DNA of 63,546 nt, the filler included, from Octopus bimaculoides (taxonomy: Eukaryota): the NCBI RefSeq assembly GCF_001194135.2. It is 6 parts of 5 records of this genome, joined end to end, with 100 filler letters (N's around TTAATTAATTAA, not from the genome) between each part and the next. Parts side by side here need not be neighbours in the genome. Positions count along the whole stretch, not along the records: positions 24,211 to 44,495 come from NC_068983.1; 5 more parts are not named here. One strand, 5' to 3'. The first letter of the stretch is position 1. Each line of letters opens with the position of its first letter. The notes beneath the pieces are model-generated. The model was given only the letters and a program-made list of their open reading frames with translations. It was not told the DNA's origin and searched no databases. This document shows, piece by piece, positions 24,772 through 37,888 of the stretch. The translations under genes were made by a program, and so were the position numbers.

Positions 24772-25109
24772 TAGTGGTTCTCAACCGGGGTCTGTATGAC
24801 TCCTGGGGTCATATGGATTTTTGGGGGTTCTCATAAGCAAAATAGTAAATTGGGTACACACAATAGTATATTAAGGGCCCATGAAAAGATTTTGATTTAG
24901 ATGTATTTATTAAAAAAATCCGCTAGATTTCTTTCTCTAACGTGTTACATAGTTCAACTTACACAAGTTAATATTTGAGAAACAAAGTAGGAATTTTGAA
25001 AGAAGTATCTATAAAATTGGTTTATAAATATCGAATGGCTGTATTGGTCCACCAGAGTAAAATAGTAACCAAAGGAGTTCATAGGTAAATAAATGGTTGA
25101 GAATCACTG
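24772..25109. mobile_element. hAT (Charlie-type) MITE
   Basis: TIR tagtggttctcaacc / ggttgagaatcactg; 8-bp TSD atcgacat / atctacat (7/8). A truncated relative lies at ~48941-49050. Confidence 0.85.
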
Positions 25110-26041
25110 ATCTACATTATGAGAGCCGTTCTTTTAGTTGTCTTGTGAATATTGTATAAATTACATCTTTTAGATTAGCTACCGATGAAATCTGTAAAAA
25201 GAAATGAATATTATTATTAGTATCAGCAAGGTGGCGAGCTGGTAGAACCGTTAGCACGCCGGGTAAAATGCTTTGCGGCATTCCGTCCATCTTTATGTTT
25301 TGAGTTCTAATTTCACCGAGGTCTGCTTTGCTTTTCATTCTTTCGGGGTCTATAAAATGAGTACCAGCCAAGCAATGGAGTTAATGTAATTGACTAGTTC
25401 CTTCCCCGAAAGTTTCACGCTTTGTGCCTCTATTAGAAAGGAGTATATTTTAAGATCCGTGTTTCTCTGTCTGTCCGTTCGTCTGTCACACACTCAGATC
25501 AACATTATTTTCTAGTGATTCATTTTTAAAAAATATCTTGCTGGTGTTTTCCAATGCCCACAACACCCAACTACTGGTACTCAATGTGCTACATAGTGGT
25601 GTTAGACCGGGCTATCTAGAGTTAGAGTTAGTAACCCTAACTGTAGTGAATCTGAAGGCAGATTTACTAGAACCTTCATTCCGAAGAAGAATTATTTCTG
25701 CTCTGAAAGTATTTCGATTTATTGTCTGTACTTCTTTCTACTACTTATTTTTGAGATCGTTACACTTCAGTTGGTAAGAGAGTGGATTCATATAGACCGT
25801 AACGGAATTTTAGCTCTAAAGACAAAGAGACAAATGCCACAAGGCATATGTTCCGTCCTTTTTTTTTAGTTCTATCAAGCCCTGAATTGGTATGTTTTTT
25901 TGTTTTTTTTTAGGATAAAAGGTTAAAAGCTGACATTGGCCTCACAGCGCAGAGTCAGAACAAAAATTGCAGTGTTATTCTGTCTGACGCCTTTACGACC
26001 TTGCACGTTGAAACTTTACAAAACTATTAATTTATTCAATA

Positions 26042-26132
26042 CTAGCAGAAATACCCGGCGTTGCCCGGGTTAAAGAGAATAATGAAATCTAAAAACGCCG
26101 TCTAGACTACGCATCATCTTTATATATAGAGA
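26042..26132 (-). mobile_element. 91-bp minimal non-autonomous Helitron
   Basis: Minus strand A|TCtctatatataaag...cccgggcaacgccggg (hairpin)...CTAG|T: canonical TC and CTRR ends, 3' hairpin and A|T target. Confidence 0.8.
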
Positions 26133-27184
26133 TGTATATACACACACGCACCCAAACACACGTATATATATGTATATCAATATAAATATATGAAAGTCAA
26201 TGAAGTTTCGTAAAAGAAGGTGATCATGTACATACTTTCTTGCTGTTGTGATTATAACACCTCATTGTAAACTATGTTCCTTGTTTTCCCTTGTGGAGCA
26301 TATACAAATAGGTTTTTTGTTGTTGCCCACTCTTGAGCAGCCAACATACAGTTGTCCATGTGAGAAGCAGGGCTCTTCCAAGAGANNNNNNNNNNNNNNN
26401 NNNNNNNNNNNNNNNNNNNNNNNNNNNNNNNNNNNNNNNNNNNNNNNNNNNNNNNNNNNNNNNNNNNNNNNNNNNNNNNNNNNNNNNNNNNNNNNNNNNN
26501 NNNNNNNNNNNNNNNNNNNNNNNNNNNNNNNNNNNNNNNNNNNNNNNNNNNNNNNNNNNNNNNNNNNNNNNNNNNNNNNNNNNNNNNNNNNNNNNNNNNN
26601 NNNNNNNNNNNNNNNNNNNNNNNNNNNNNNNNNNNNNNNNNNNNNNNNNNNNNNNNNNNNNNNNNNNNNNNNNNNNNNNNNNNNNNNNNNNNNNNNNNNN
26701 NNNNNNNNNNNNNNNNNNNNNNNNNNNNNNNNNNNNNNNNNNNNNNNNNNNNNNNNNNNNNNNNNNNNNNNNNNNNNNNNNNNNNNNNNNNNNNNNNNNN
26801 NNNNNNNNNNNNNNNNNNNNNNNNNNNNNNNNNNNNNNNNNNNNNNNNNNNNNNNNNNNNNNNNNNNNNNNNNNNNNNNNNNNNNNNNNNNNNNNNNNNN
26901 NNNNNNNNNNNNNNNNNNNNNNNNNNNNNNNNNNNNNNNNNNNNNNNNNNNNNNNNNNNNNNNNNNNNNNNNNNNNNNNNNNNNNNNNNNNNNNNNNNNN
27001 NNNNNNNNNNNNNNNNNNNNNNNNNNNNNNNNNNNNNNNNNNNNNNNNTCTCTCTTTCTCTCTCTGTGAAAGTATCTGTCACTACAGTATCGAAATGTGA
27101 TTGTTTCAGTTAGTGGAATAGTTTCATTTTTAAAGTGAAAGTATTTGACATGAGTGTTTTTGTTTCACTTTTGACACGTAATAC

Positions 27185-27384
27185 TTAAATAGTGGAGGAG
27201 ATATTATGTTGCCGTGTGCTCGAACTCTGCAAGAAGTTAATAATTTTTTTTTGACTAAAACACAACTGGAACCCTAAGTAAGGCATGTGTAAAATTTGAA
27301 TGAAATTGGTTGCGTAGTTCTCGAGTTTTAGGGATTCACACAGACAGACAGACAGACACACATTCTCATTTATATATATATAGA
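27185..27384 (-). mobile_element. 5' end of a non-autonomous Helitron
   Basis: Minus strand A|TCtatatatataaatgagaatgtgtgtctgtctgtctgt...aaccaatttcattcaaattttacac; 3' end not seen. Confidence 0.6.
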
Positions 27385-27639
27385 TATTCATTGAATTCAC
27401 ACATGTCACGTAAGAAAAAATAAAATCTGTGTTTCATATTTAGGTGAGTTTATTTTTCCTCAGTGACGGAAAGATAAGAAAAAGAAAGAGAGCGGTAGTG
27501 GAGATACTGGCAAAACTAATATAGCCTTCATTCAGAAGAAGAATTACTTCTGCTCTAAAAGTATTTCGATTTATTGAGTGTAGTTCTTTCTACTACTTAT
27601 TTATGAGGTAGTTAAACTATTTTATGAAAACTTTCCGTC

Positions 27640-27825
27640 GGTGAAAGAGTCAACTCTGTTGTTTCTAAGATAAGGATTTGTAAGAGAGGATTCTTCATCT
27701 ATTTTCTTAAGACATTCAATAGCCGCACTACTGCATATCCATTGAGTAAGATTTGAGTGTACTTTGATATGTCGTATAATATTGTCGAATATAGATCTAC
27801 TAATAATTGCTAGTTCACTTTCAAA
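27640..27825 (-). mobile_element. Penelope-like RT fragment (opposite orientation to the adjacent copy)
   Basis: KSELAIISRSIFDNIIRHIKVHSNLTQWICSSAAIECLKKI resembles the Penelope RT segment KSEIGxISKxILDxI...LxQWxN. Confidence 0.55.
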
Positions 27826-27829
27826 ACAT

Positions 27830-28808
27830 CAACGAACATGTTTCTTAAAGCAGAGAAAACAAAAATCAGGTAAAACCAAACACACTGCAAACTACTAACC
27901 GAAAACATAACTAAAACGTACAAGCAAACAAACACCACCACTTAATATAGGAGCAAAAAATCTAGCCACAAAGTTTAAAATAGAAGACAAGGTAGAAAAG
28001 CTTATCCCACGAAATCTTTTTAGAACTCTGAAAAACCATAGAAACAATTTCCCACAAAATCCTAGCTGTAGATTAATAAATCCCACAAATAAGTGAAATA
28101 GGAATTATTAGTAAACCCAAATGCAAATTTATACAATTCGATATCGTAGAGTTCTACCCCTCGATCTCCAAAAGCTTGCTTCAGAAGGCACTTGAATTTA
28201 TCAAAACATGTCACTATAAAAAATACCGATATAGACATAATTATGAACTTAAGGAAGTCATTACTCTCTCATGATAATTCATACTGGGTAAAAATGAATG
28301 GAAATGAGTTATTTGACGTGGCAATGGAGAGCTATGGCGGGGCACAGATAGCTGACCTTGTAGGCCTTTATATCCTAGATGCCCTTAAAAAAGAAATAAA
28401 AGAAACTAACTTAGGTCTATATAGAGGGACGATGGCCTGGGAGTAGTACACAATAAAAACGGACAGGATATGGATAGAATAAGGAAAAAATTATGCGAAA
28501 TATCTAGCCAATTAGGCCTAAGAACCACAATTAGTACAAACTTTAAAGAAGTCAACTTCCTAGACGTTAACATGAATCTTAACACAGGAAAATTTAAACC
28601 CTACCACAAACAAAACGAGGAAGCCTCGTACATAGACATAGGTTCCAACCACCCAGCAGCAGTAATTAAACATGGTTAACAACATTAGCAGGCATGTCTC
28701 CAATTTATCCGGCAACAAAGACACTTTTGAAAAAGCCGCCCCATATTATAATGCTGCATTAGAAAGGCCCAACTTCAAGAATAGCATACACTACAGCTGG
28801 TCTCCACA
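27830..28808 (+). mobile_element. Penelope-like retroelement RT fragment
   Basis: CRLINP..SEIGIISK, QFDIVEFYPSIS, FDVAMESYGGAQIADLVGLYIL, LGLYR(D)DGLG, VNFLDVNMNLNTGKFKPY and YIDIGSNHPAAVIK. Confidence 0.9.
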
Positions 28809-28810
28809 AG

Positions 28811-30430
28811 CACGGAAATCCTTAAATTTCCCGGCAAATTCTTCTTGAGTCCGTTTTAATTCGCTCACAGATAATTTCCAGTTTATGGTTCAAATGTGCG
28901 ACTGTTCCTGAAGGCAAGGAAAGTGAGCATAATTGCTGCCAGCAATTTGAGCAATCTACAAGTCCAGTTTCTTTTGGGAAGCTGTCACCTCCCAAAACAA
29001 ATTATGGAAGAGTTTTTCTTTTCCTTGTAACCGCACATTCAACTCATTCAGCTTATCTGTAATGTCCACTAGAAAATAAAAATCATTCATCCATTTGCTG
29101 TCATCAAAGTTTATGCACGAATTTCCTTTTGCTTCAAGAAATGCTGCCACATGTTCTCGAATATCGTAAAAGCGTTTCAAAGTACAGCCGCGGCTGAGCC
29201 ACCTGAACTTGGTAAAGTAAGGGATGCCAGCGAATTCGGCGTTTATCTCATTGAAGAAATTTCGAAACTGTCAATGATTTAATGCACGACTCCGAATGAA
29301 GCTGACGGCTTTTACAATATTATCCATGTCTTGATCAAACTTAATGATTTTGGAGCAAAGTGATTGCTGATGTAGAATACAATGGTACCACAATATTTGG
29401 TCTTTACTCATGTTCAGGGATTCCAGCTTTCATTGCATGAAACCACGCAAGCCTTGTTCCTTGCCGATCATCGACGGTGCACCATCGGTAGCTATTCCCA
29501 CCAGGCGATTGTAAGTTAGTCCCATCTTTTCAAGCGCAGTATCGATTTGTTTGAAAATAGCAGCGCCTGTGCAATTTCCTTTCATATGGGATAGAGCAAG
29601 TAACTCTTCAGTGATATTAAAACTTGAATCAACACTTCTCACGAAAATCACCAGATATGGCGTATCAATAGTGTCAGTAGATTCGTCGATGGCAATGCTG
29701 TAAGCTTCAAAGATTTTACAAAGTTTGTTCAACTGCATTTTCGTATTTTCGACCAGTTCTTCAGTCCTTCGGGTCATAGTATTACGCGACAAGCTAACAC
29801 ATTTTGTAGCTTTCTCTTTCTCTGAGCATAGAATTTCAGTCGCCGAGGTGATACATTCTTTGACAAAATCTTCAGAAAAAGATTTCATGTTACGTGCAAT
29901 CTTTTCAACAATGATGAAACTTACTTTGGCGTATCTTCTCGATTCATCATCAATTCCCCAAAAAACTTCTGTTGCGAGATTGAATTCCTTTGAAGTAAAA
30001 TCACTTTCTCCTTCATAACGATTATGGGTCGAAGCGTGCTTTGGCGTGTAATGCCGTTTCACATTCTCAACTTTAGGAACTGCGATTGTTTCACCACAAA
30101 TCAGGCAGAGACATTTTGTATTTGATTCCTCAAATAAATGTAAATTTTGTCCATGCCTCGTTAAACCTGCGATTTTCTATGTCTACCTTTCTGATTTTTC
30201 TAGCCGACGCCATGGATGAACAAAATTTGAAATTTATTGTGAAGAAGAAACTAATTTGCTCATCGGCATCAGAAGGCTTCCGTATCAAAGGTTGTGCCGG
30301 TGTAAATTTGAAATTGAATCACCTCAAATACCAGCTTTATTGATGCGGAAAAGTCACGTGATACTATTCTTAAGAAATGACACCTGCTGAGGTGAGCGCT
30401 CTGAAGCTTTTGATTGGACGCTGTGATAAG
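28811..30430 (-). mobile_element. Decayed hAT transposase, SPIN/GTF2IRD2-like, 3'-truncated
   Basis: ATG at 30213; MASARKIRKVDIENRRFNEAW, KRHYTPKH, VSLSRNTMTRR, YSIAIDESTD, IATDGAPSMIG, WYHCILHQQSLCSK and FTKFRWLSRG; E-box and CCAAT motifs upstream at ~30350-30420. Confidence 0.9.
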
Positions 30431-31089
30431 TCACTTTTTACCGACTTTCGATACCAGCAAACGGAAAGGCACTATTTTTAGACCTGATGCAATTCCATTC
30501 GACCAAAACTGGAAACTTCGAATTGGTGCTTATGGAAATCAGGACCGTCAGTCACTTGGTATTTTGGTGTTCTTGGGCAAGGTCTCAAATGCCACCCCCT
30601 CCCATCTATTTGAACTCAGCTTAGAGTTGTTCTCAGCCAGGTGGTGGGCGGAAACCCAAGTTCCGGAGAAAAATTGTGACATGAAAAATTATTATGGCAA
30701 TTTACTGGAAAAAAAAAACAAGAAAAGAGCGGTCGGACGCCACGAAATTTTCAGATAGGGCATATCATAGAAATAAATTTCAGATTTTGATTATCCATAC
30801 GAGCGAGCGTGGGGAATCAATTTCTATGCTTTCATGTTAATGCAGTGTGTATATATGAAGTGTTGCTAACACAATGCCAGTGCCCATGGCCCTTACTTGG
30901 GGAGGGGTGAAGGAAGGCCTGCCCCCCACCCCCGGCACCACCTCTCTTGGGGTTGGAGGTGGAAAAAGCACATATGCCATGCCACCCCTCTAGGAGAGGG
31001 GCGGCACTTTTGTAAGTGAGGGGGCCTCCAGTAACATGCACAAACAAAACATGAAATTATTTCTATAGTGACAGCTATGCACACACAAG

Positions 31090-31500
31090 GCACACTGAGT
31101 GCAGAGTTTCGAGCTGCTTCGAGAACTGTTTATTGGCATCCAATAATCATTTATTAATCGAAGAAAAATAACAGTAGTAATCTTCTGCGTAAATATTAAG
31201 GAATATGCTGAAGACCGTCTAACAGGCGGGATTCTAAGACTTCGTGGGTCGGACGTTTCACAGCACGGGTCTAGAAGAAGGACCCACAATTATTCGACAT
31301 TCTGCCAAAGAGCCACAAAGATATTTGCAAGGTGTAGATGTGGAGGTATTCAAAGAAGGTTTTTTTTATTTGAGATACCTGATGAACCCACATCGCAGTT
31401 GAAGGCACAAAGAAGAGCCGCTTCATCCAACTCGGTACTTCACCAGAATCAATACAGAAAAGAAACTCACATTCACAGAAAATGCTTCAGCATGACTTCA
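31090..31500 (+). mobile_element. 3' end of a CR1/Jockey-group LINE ORF2
   Basis: LFDILPKSHKD...IPDEP...RRAASSNSVLHQ resembles the LFNxLP...IPDEP...AxSNS C-terminus. Confidence 0.55.
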
Positions 31501-31909
31501 GCATCTGTCTAAAACCAGTAAACTATGAAAGATATATATATAGAGAGAGAGAGAGGGGGGAGAGAGAGAGAGGGGGAGAGAGAGAGAGGGAGAGAAGGAG
31601 AGGGAGAGAGAGAGGTAGATAGATAGATAGATAGATTATAATTGGAAATATTTCAAATAATTGGAATAACGTAATCAGAAAATAATCAATATTTAGTTTG
31701 TTAAATTAAATGTTTGTAGAAAATCTTATTTTTTAAGCAGCCATTTACTCTTTTTTAAAATGATTTTTGAAAAGCCGTATCAACGTTACATGTAACTTGA
31801 ACATGCAAAGCAAGGCGTCTATTTAGATTTCATGATTTTTTGATTTTTCTATTCCTCTCTATTGTAAATAAAATTTGTTCAATCATGTTTTATTGAACAA
31901 ATTACCAAA

Positions 31910-34760
31910 TATAAATGAACAACGCGAAATATCTCGCAGAGAATCAGGAGGAAAACGATAGCAAGCAAGGAGACAAAGCAAGTATTAAACAAAAATGGAA
32001 AATCAAAGACGCGCAAATGCCGTTTGACGAAGATATGTACGAGGACTTTCTCAAGAGCAGTGAGAATGCGTTTTGGCTCAACATGTTGTGCATCATAGAC
32101 AAGTGCGGGAACATCGTTTCCGTAGACAGTGTGAGCGTGTGCGCAACATAATCAACGATGATAACAATTTTCTTAAGTGCAACAAGAACGCATTTTGGCT
32201 CAAAATACTGAACATAAAGCAGTACAGTAAGCGCTTTCTCGAGAGCAAATGGATAGTTTTTTGGTTTAGAATAGCGCTGAGTAACACGACAACGTTCTGA
32301 AGATGAGCGAGAACGTATTTTGACACATAATGTTGAACTCCATAAAGCAGCACGGCGACAACCTCCTCAAGAATAATGTGAACAGAGTTTAGAAGGAGAT
32401 GCTAAGCAGCACCGTCCAGCACACCAATGACTTTCTCAACAACAATAAAAGCAACTAACTCAGATTAGAATAACTCAGAATAGAATTAATCTATCAGAAC
32501 CAAAAAAGGATGCTATATGCTACAAGACAGTTTGATATAGACTCAATGCTAGAAGTAGTTGACAATGTAACTCATGATAGTCCTCATTTAAAGGATGTAA
32601 TAGGTCGTCATTGCAGCATTCTAATGTTCATGAGAGAGTGCACTGGGGGAACATTAGCCTAACCTAATTTTGCCATTTGCTGTAAATCAACTTTAATCTG
32701 TATTCCATAGGAAACAGTTATACTTAATGAACTACATCAATTATTCATACTTGATTCACCAGAAGTAAAATATTTCAGAAGAAATATCCGGAAGTTCGAC
32801 AGTGTTATGGCCATAAAGTAGTAGCACGAAACCAACCGATGCTATAATTACTCGATGCCTTTCTATCTACAGAATTCACGGAGTTGTTCATAGATTTTTT
32901 GAAACACCAGGAAACGCTATTATTGATTTGCCATCCTACCTGCAAATTTACTTTCAAGATTCTGAAGAACAAGTTCGACAGCGTACGCAGAGAATGGGTG
33001 CAGATAATGGGATAGGCAAGTTTGATGCTGTTATTTTCCGTACACTTCATTCTACAGTAGTTTCAACTTATAACATTTATTTGCAATTATTCTTCTCTGT
33101 TCAAGAGCAAAATGATGCTGGAACCATACAAGAAAATGTTTCTCTTAAATTACATGCTGACAGAATGCCAGATAGCGGACAGTTCAGAAGATATAATTTG
33201 TCTCCATATAAGGAGGTTACTGTGTTGATATTTAGTAATAACGAGAAAACTCATCAAAGTAGTAGAATGCTGGTAAGTTCCAAGCGGAGAACTATCAACT
33301 AAGTCTTCAAATATTTAGCAACTCTCATCTAGCCTATAACCACATGGTGTAGCCCTGTATCTTTTTTTTTTTTTTTTTTCTGAAAGCTTAGATGTATGGA
33401 TTCTTAATGTTGTTGTTGGCACTCCGTCGCTTACGACGTCGAGGGTTCCATTTGATCCGATCAACGGAACAGCCAGCTCGTGAAATTAACGTGCAAATGG
33501 CTGAGTACTCCACAGACATGTGTACCCTTAACGTAGTTCTCGGAGATATTCAGCGTCACACAGTGTGACAAGGCTGGACCTTTGAATTACAGGCACAAAA
33601 AAAACAGGAAGTAAGAGAAAGTTGTGGTGGAAGAGTACAGCAGGGTTCGCCACCACCCTCTGCCGGAGCCTCGTGAAGCTTTAGGTGTTTCGCTCAATAA
33701 ACACTCACAACGCCCGGTCTGGGAATCGAAGCCGCAATCCTAAGACCGCGAGTCCGCTGCCCTAACCACTTGGCCATTACGCCTCCGTATTCTTAATATA
33801 CTAAACTAAAGTGATGACTTCAATTTTATTCTTTTTGGATAGTGAAGAAATCTAATTCTGATCGTATATTGCTCACACACCACATCTATTCCAATAGTTA
33901 CGTGGTGTGTTATGCTCGTTGCGGTATACTCGAAGCAATCAACAGGCTCTACGAGCAAACCTGTATAATGGCCCGGCCGATATATTCATTGCAAATGATG
34001 CTGGTCGGATAGACGATGATAGGTTTTTCCAAACATTTTCAAGCTGTCCGGGTTGTATAACAAAACACTACCAAAATGAGGTACCTATCTCAAGAAATTT
34101 TGGAAAAACAATATTATTTGTGAGACTTCCCGGCAGTTCAAAGTCGAAAGAATTTACAAGAGAACTCAATACATCAAGTCGCTGGATGTCGTCTTGATAT
34201 AACTGCACAAGTTTTCAAATCTGGCGTTTTGAGAAAATTAATGGCCCAAATAAGCACAAATGAATTCTAAAAAAGTGGTTTACCTCCTTGTTATTTTCTT
34301 TTTATAACACAAAACAACCACAACACATGGCAAAAAATCGACAAAGTCGCTACTGCTGAATTTGCCAACTTTAATATTGCACTCACTGATGGTCTTTGTT
34401 TTTTGGTGCAGAAACGCATGATCACTTGGACCATGCGAACTGAATACAACTTGGTCTTGCATATTAAATGGGTTTTGCACCAAGAATTGACGTCATGAGT
34501 TCACAAGCATTAAGAGGTAACGATTTCTCATTCGTTGTATCGTCGGCGAAATACAAGTGAAGGAAGTCATATTGCTAATGTGTAAGGTGGAAACAAGAAT
34601 ATCGAGGAGGATAATAGACGCGTATGCTTGGCTACTTCGAAAATATGAAACTCACATTGATGCTTAATAGTACTCAAATGTCAGTGCTGTTACATATCGC
34701 TCGAAATACATGTTCAAAGGTGCAGATCATTCTACGTTCCCGCTAGAGAGAGAACAAAAT
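31910..34760 (+). mobile_element. Decayed Helitron Rep (HUH) coding region interrupted by a SINE
   Basis: PPNFAICCK, YRIHGVVHR, PSYLQIYFQD.EEQVRQR, RSNQQALRANLYNG, RNFGKTILFVR, EF*KSGLP (degenerate EFQKRGLPH) and a HINV/KYxFKG-like segment near 34650-34720. Confidence 0.8.
33411..33786 (-). mobile_element. Full-length ~380-bp tRNA-derived SINE (family A)
   Basis: Head ggaggcg.aatggcc.agtggttagggcagcggactcgcggtc...gg.ttcgattc; closely similar to 37509-37888 and 46801-47183. Confidence 0.9.
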
Positions 34761-34871
34761 TGAATTCATCTTGATATCAGTAATGCAAATCCTTAAATAT
34801 GAAAATTGCACAATCTCGACACAATCAAAGAGATCTTGTGCACATACGTACATACATACATACACACATTA

Positions 34872-34957
<86 letters not shown>

Positions 34958-35732
34958 GAGCGAAAGCGAGAGAGAAACACATTAGTAAACATTAGTTGTA
35001 TGCTCAAACAAAGCCGCAAACAAACTTGATAGTTAATGACAGAATCAATATTCAAAACGTAGAACGACTTCCTGCGATAAACACGTAGATAACAAACAGT
35101 AATCACTTCGGTGGTGTTGTATGTATTCGACGGTATGGTCTACATTAATCACATTTTTTAACCTGCCTTGTACAAAGAGACACAAAAATAAAACACGTCC
35201 TTTTCGGAAGATGAAAATATGGAAGCTTGGGAAACTTCAGTTTCGAAAAAAACTTTATGAATATATGAATAAATAACTTAATAGATAAAGCTAGAACAAT
35301 GTCATATGTAACTTGTGTGTGTGTGTATACATATATATACATATACATATATATACATATGCATATATATACCTGGTGGTGCTATTAATTTAGACAAGGC
35401 CTGGGTCTATACTGGCCGAAACCTATCAAAGATATTAAAGTTATATACATATATATATACCCTTGTTTTTACTCTTATCAATTTTTTTTTTTTAAATATA
35501 TAAATATGCATTTACGTATGATTTTTTGGANNNNNNNNNNNNNNNNNNNNNNNNNNNNNNNNNNNNNNNNNNNNNNNNNNNNNNNNNNNNNNNNNNNNNN
35601 NNNNNNNNNNNNNNNNNNNNNNNNNNNNNNCACATACATGCATACACACACACACATACATCCACATACATACACACACATACATACACACACACATACA
35701 TGCATACATAAATACATGCATACATACGTACG

Positions 35733-35765
<33 letters not shown>

Positions 35766-36565
35766 TCATATTTGTATATAAGCATATATATATATATATG
35801 TATACATATATATATAAACGTATATATATGTAGGCATATATATAAACATATATATATATGTGTGCGTGTGTGTACCAATANNNNNNNNNNNNNNNNNNNN
35901 NNNNNNNNNNNNNNNNNNNNNNNNNNNNNNNNNNNNNNNNNNNNNNNNNNNNNNNNNNNNNNNNNNNNNNNNNNNNNNNNNNNNNNNNNNNNNNNNNNNN
36001 NNNNNNNNNNNNNNNNNNNNNNNNNNNNNNNNNNNNNNNNNNNNNNNNNNNNNNNNNNNNNNNNNNNNNNNNNNNNNNNNNNNNNNNNNNNNNNNNNNNN
36101 NNNNNNNNNNNNNNNNNNNNNNNNNNNNNNNNNNNNNNNNNNNNNNNNNNNNNNNNNNNNNNNNNNNNNNNNNNNNNNNNNNNNNNNNNNNNNNNNNNNN
36201 NNNNNNNNNNNNNNNNNNNNNNNNNNNNNNNNNNNNNNNNNNNNNNNNNNNNNNNNNNNNNNNNNNNNNNNNNNNNNNNNNNNNNNNNNNNNNNNNNNNN
36301 NNNNNNNNNNNNNNNNNNNNNNNNNNNNNNNNNNNNNNNNNNNNNNNNNNNNNNNNNNNNNNNNNNNNNNNNNNNNNNNNNNNNNNNNNNNNNNNNNNNN
36401 NNNNNNNNNNNNNNNNNNNNNNNNNNNNNNNNNNNNNNNNNNNNNNNNNNNNNNNNNNNNNNNNNNNNNNNNNNNNNNNNNNNNNNNNNNNNNNNNNNNN
36501 NNNNNNNNNNNNNNNNNNNNNNNNNNNNNNNNNNNNNNNNNNNNNNNNNNNNNNNNNNNNNNNNN

Positions 36566-36622
<57 letters not shown>

Positions 36623-37508
36623 AAAAGGTAAAATAAATGCATTAAGTACGTAAATTTGGATCAATCTACGAAGTCTTTGAATTGCGAAGGAAATCCTAAG
36701 AAATATATTGATAATTATATTGATCACATTTACAATATTCATAACAATAACAATCACGTATGCAATAGTAGCAACGCTTTTTTCTTTTTCTTTTGTCCTA
36801 AGTGTATGTGTGTGTTTATAAGAGTTTTTGTTTCCTTTAGTATACATATATTGTTTGTTGTGAAGACTAAAACTCGTTTAGTCGACAAACTAGCATTGTG
36901 TAACTCAGTTTGTTGTTTCAGTGCTGTATTTACTAACAAACCACAAAATGATGCTAAAGAAGATGACGACAACAACAACTACAACAAACAGCCAATTTAG
37001 CAACGAATCTACGAGAAAATCTGTCTCTACGTGGTCGCTCGATTTGCTGGAAATAGCAGCAAAATCACCCCCTAACCATGCCCCCTACCCACTGTTCTTC
37101 TATGTGGAAAGTATATTGGTTAACTTATTTCTAGATATACTATATCTGAATAAATAACGAGATGGTCACATTTGAAACGCAAGAAATAAAATCCAATATT
37201 CAATTGTAAAGAAAGAATGTTTTGAATAACAATATTCTATATACACTAAATTTGAATAAAGACGAAATGGTCTTTAATCATTTTTCATATCTGGGACTAA
37301 CAGCCATAAACAACAAAAGTAGCAATGACAATTTATTAATGTTCCAATCACAATGCAATAAAAGGCGTAGTATTAAGACTTTAAGTAATAGAACAGATTA
37401 AACAGTTGCTATGAAAGTATACTAAATGGTGGAAATATAAAACACCCATGAAGTGACAAACTTGCACTCGTTTGAAGAATGAAAACTACTTATTTCTAAC
37501 GAAAGCAT

Positions 37509-37888
37509 GTTGGCACTCCGTCGCTTACGACGTCGAGGGTTCCAGCTGATCCGATCAACGGAACAGCCTACTCGTGAAATTAACGTGCAAGTGGCTGAGC
37601 ACTCCACAGACACGTGCACCCTTAACGTAGTTCTCGGAGATATTCAGCGTGACACAGTGTGACAAGGCTGACCCTTTGAATTACAGGCACAACAGAAACA
37701 GGAAGTAAGAGTGAGAGAAAGTTGTGGTGAAAGAGTACAGCAGGGTTCGCCACCATCCCCTGCCGGAGCCTCGTGGAGCTTTAGGTGTTTTCGCTCAATA
37801 AACACTCACAACGCCCGGTCTGAGAATCGAAACCACGATCCTATGACCGCGAGTCCGCTGCCCTAACCACTGGGCCATTGCGCCTCCA
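37509..37888 (-). mobile_element. Full-length tRNA-derived SINE (family A) with a 13-bp TSD
   Basis: TSD ctaacgaaagcat at 37496-37508 and 37889-37901. Confidence 0.92.

Noticed and set aside
25117-25191. Minus-strand terminal exon ISSVANLKDVIYTIFTRQLKERLS*
   Set aside because: The acceptor derives from an AT-rich SINE tail region, no family is recognised and no upstream exon was found.
25610-25645. Telomere-like TTAGAG/TAACCCTAA motifs
   Set aside because: Only two or three degenerate units; not an interstitial telomeric array.
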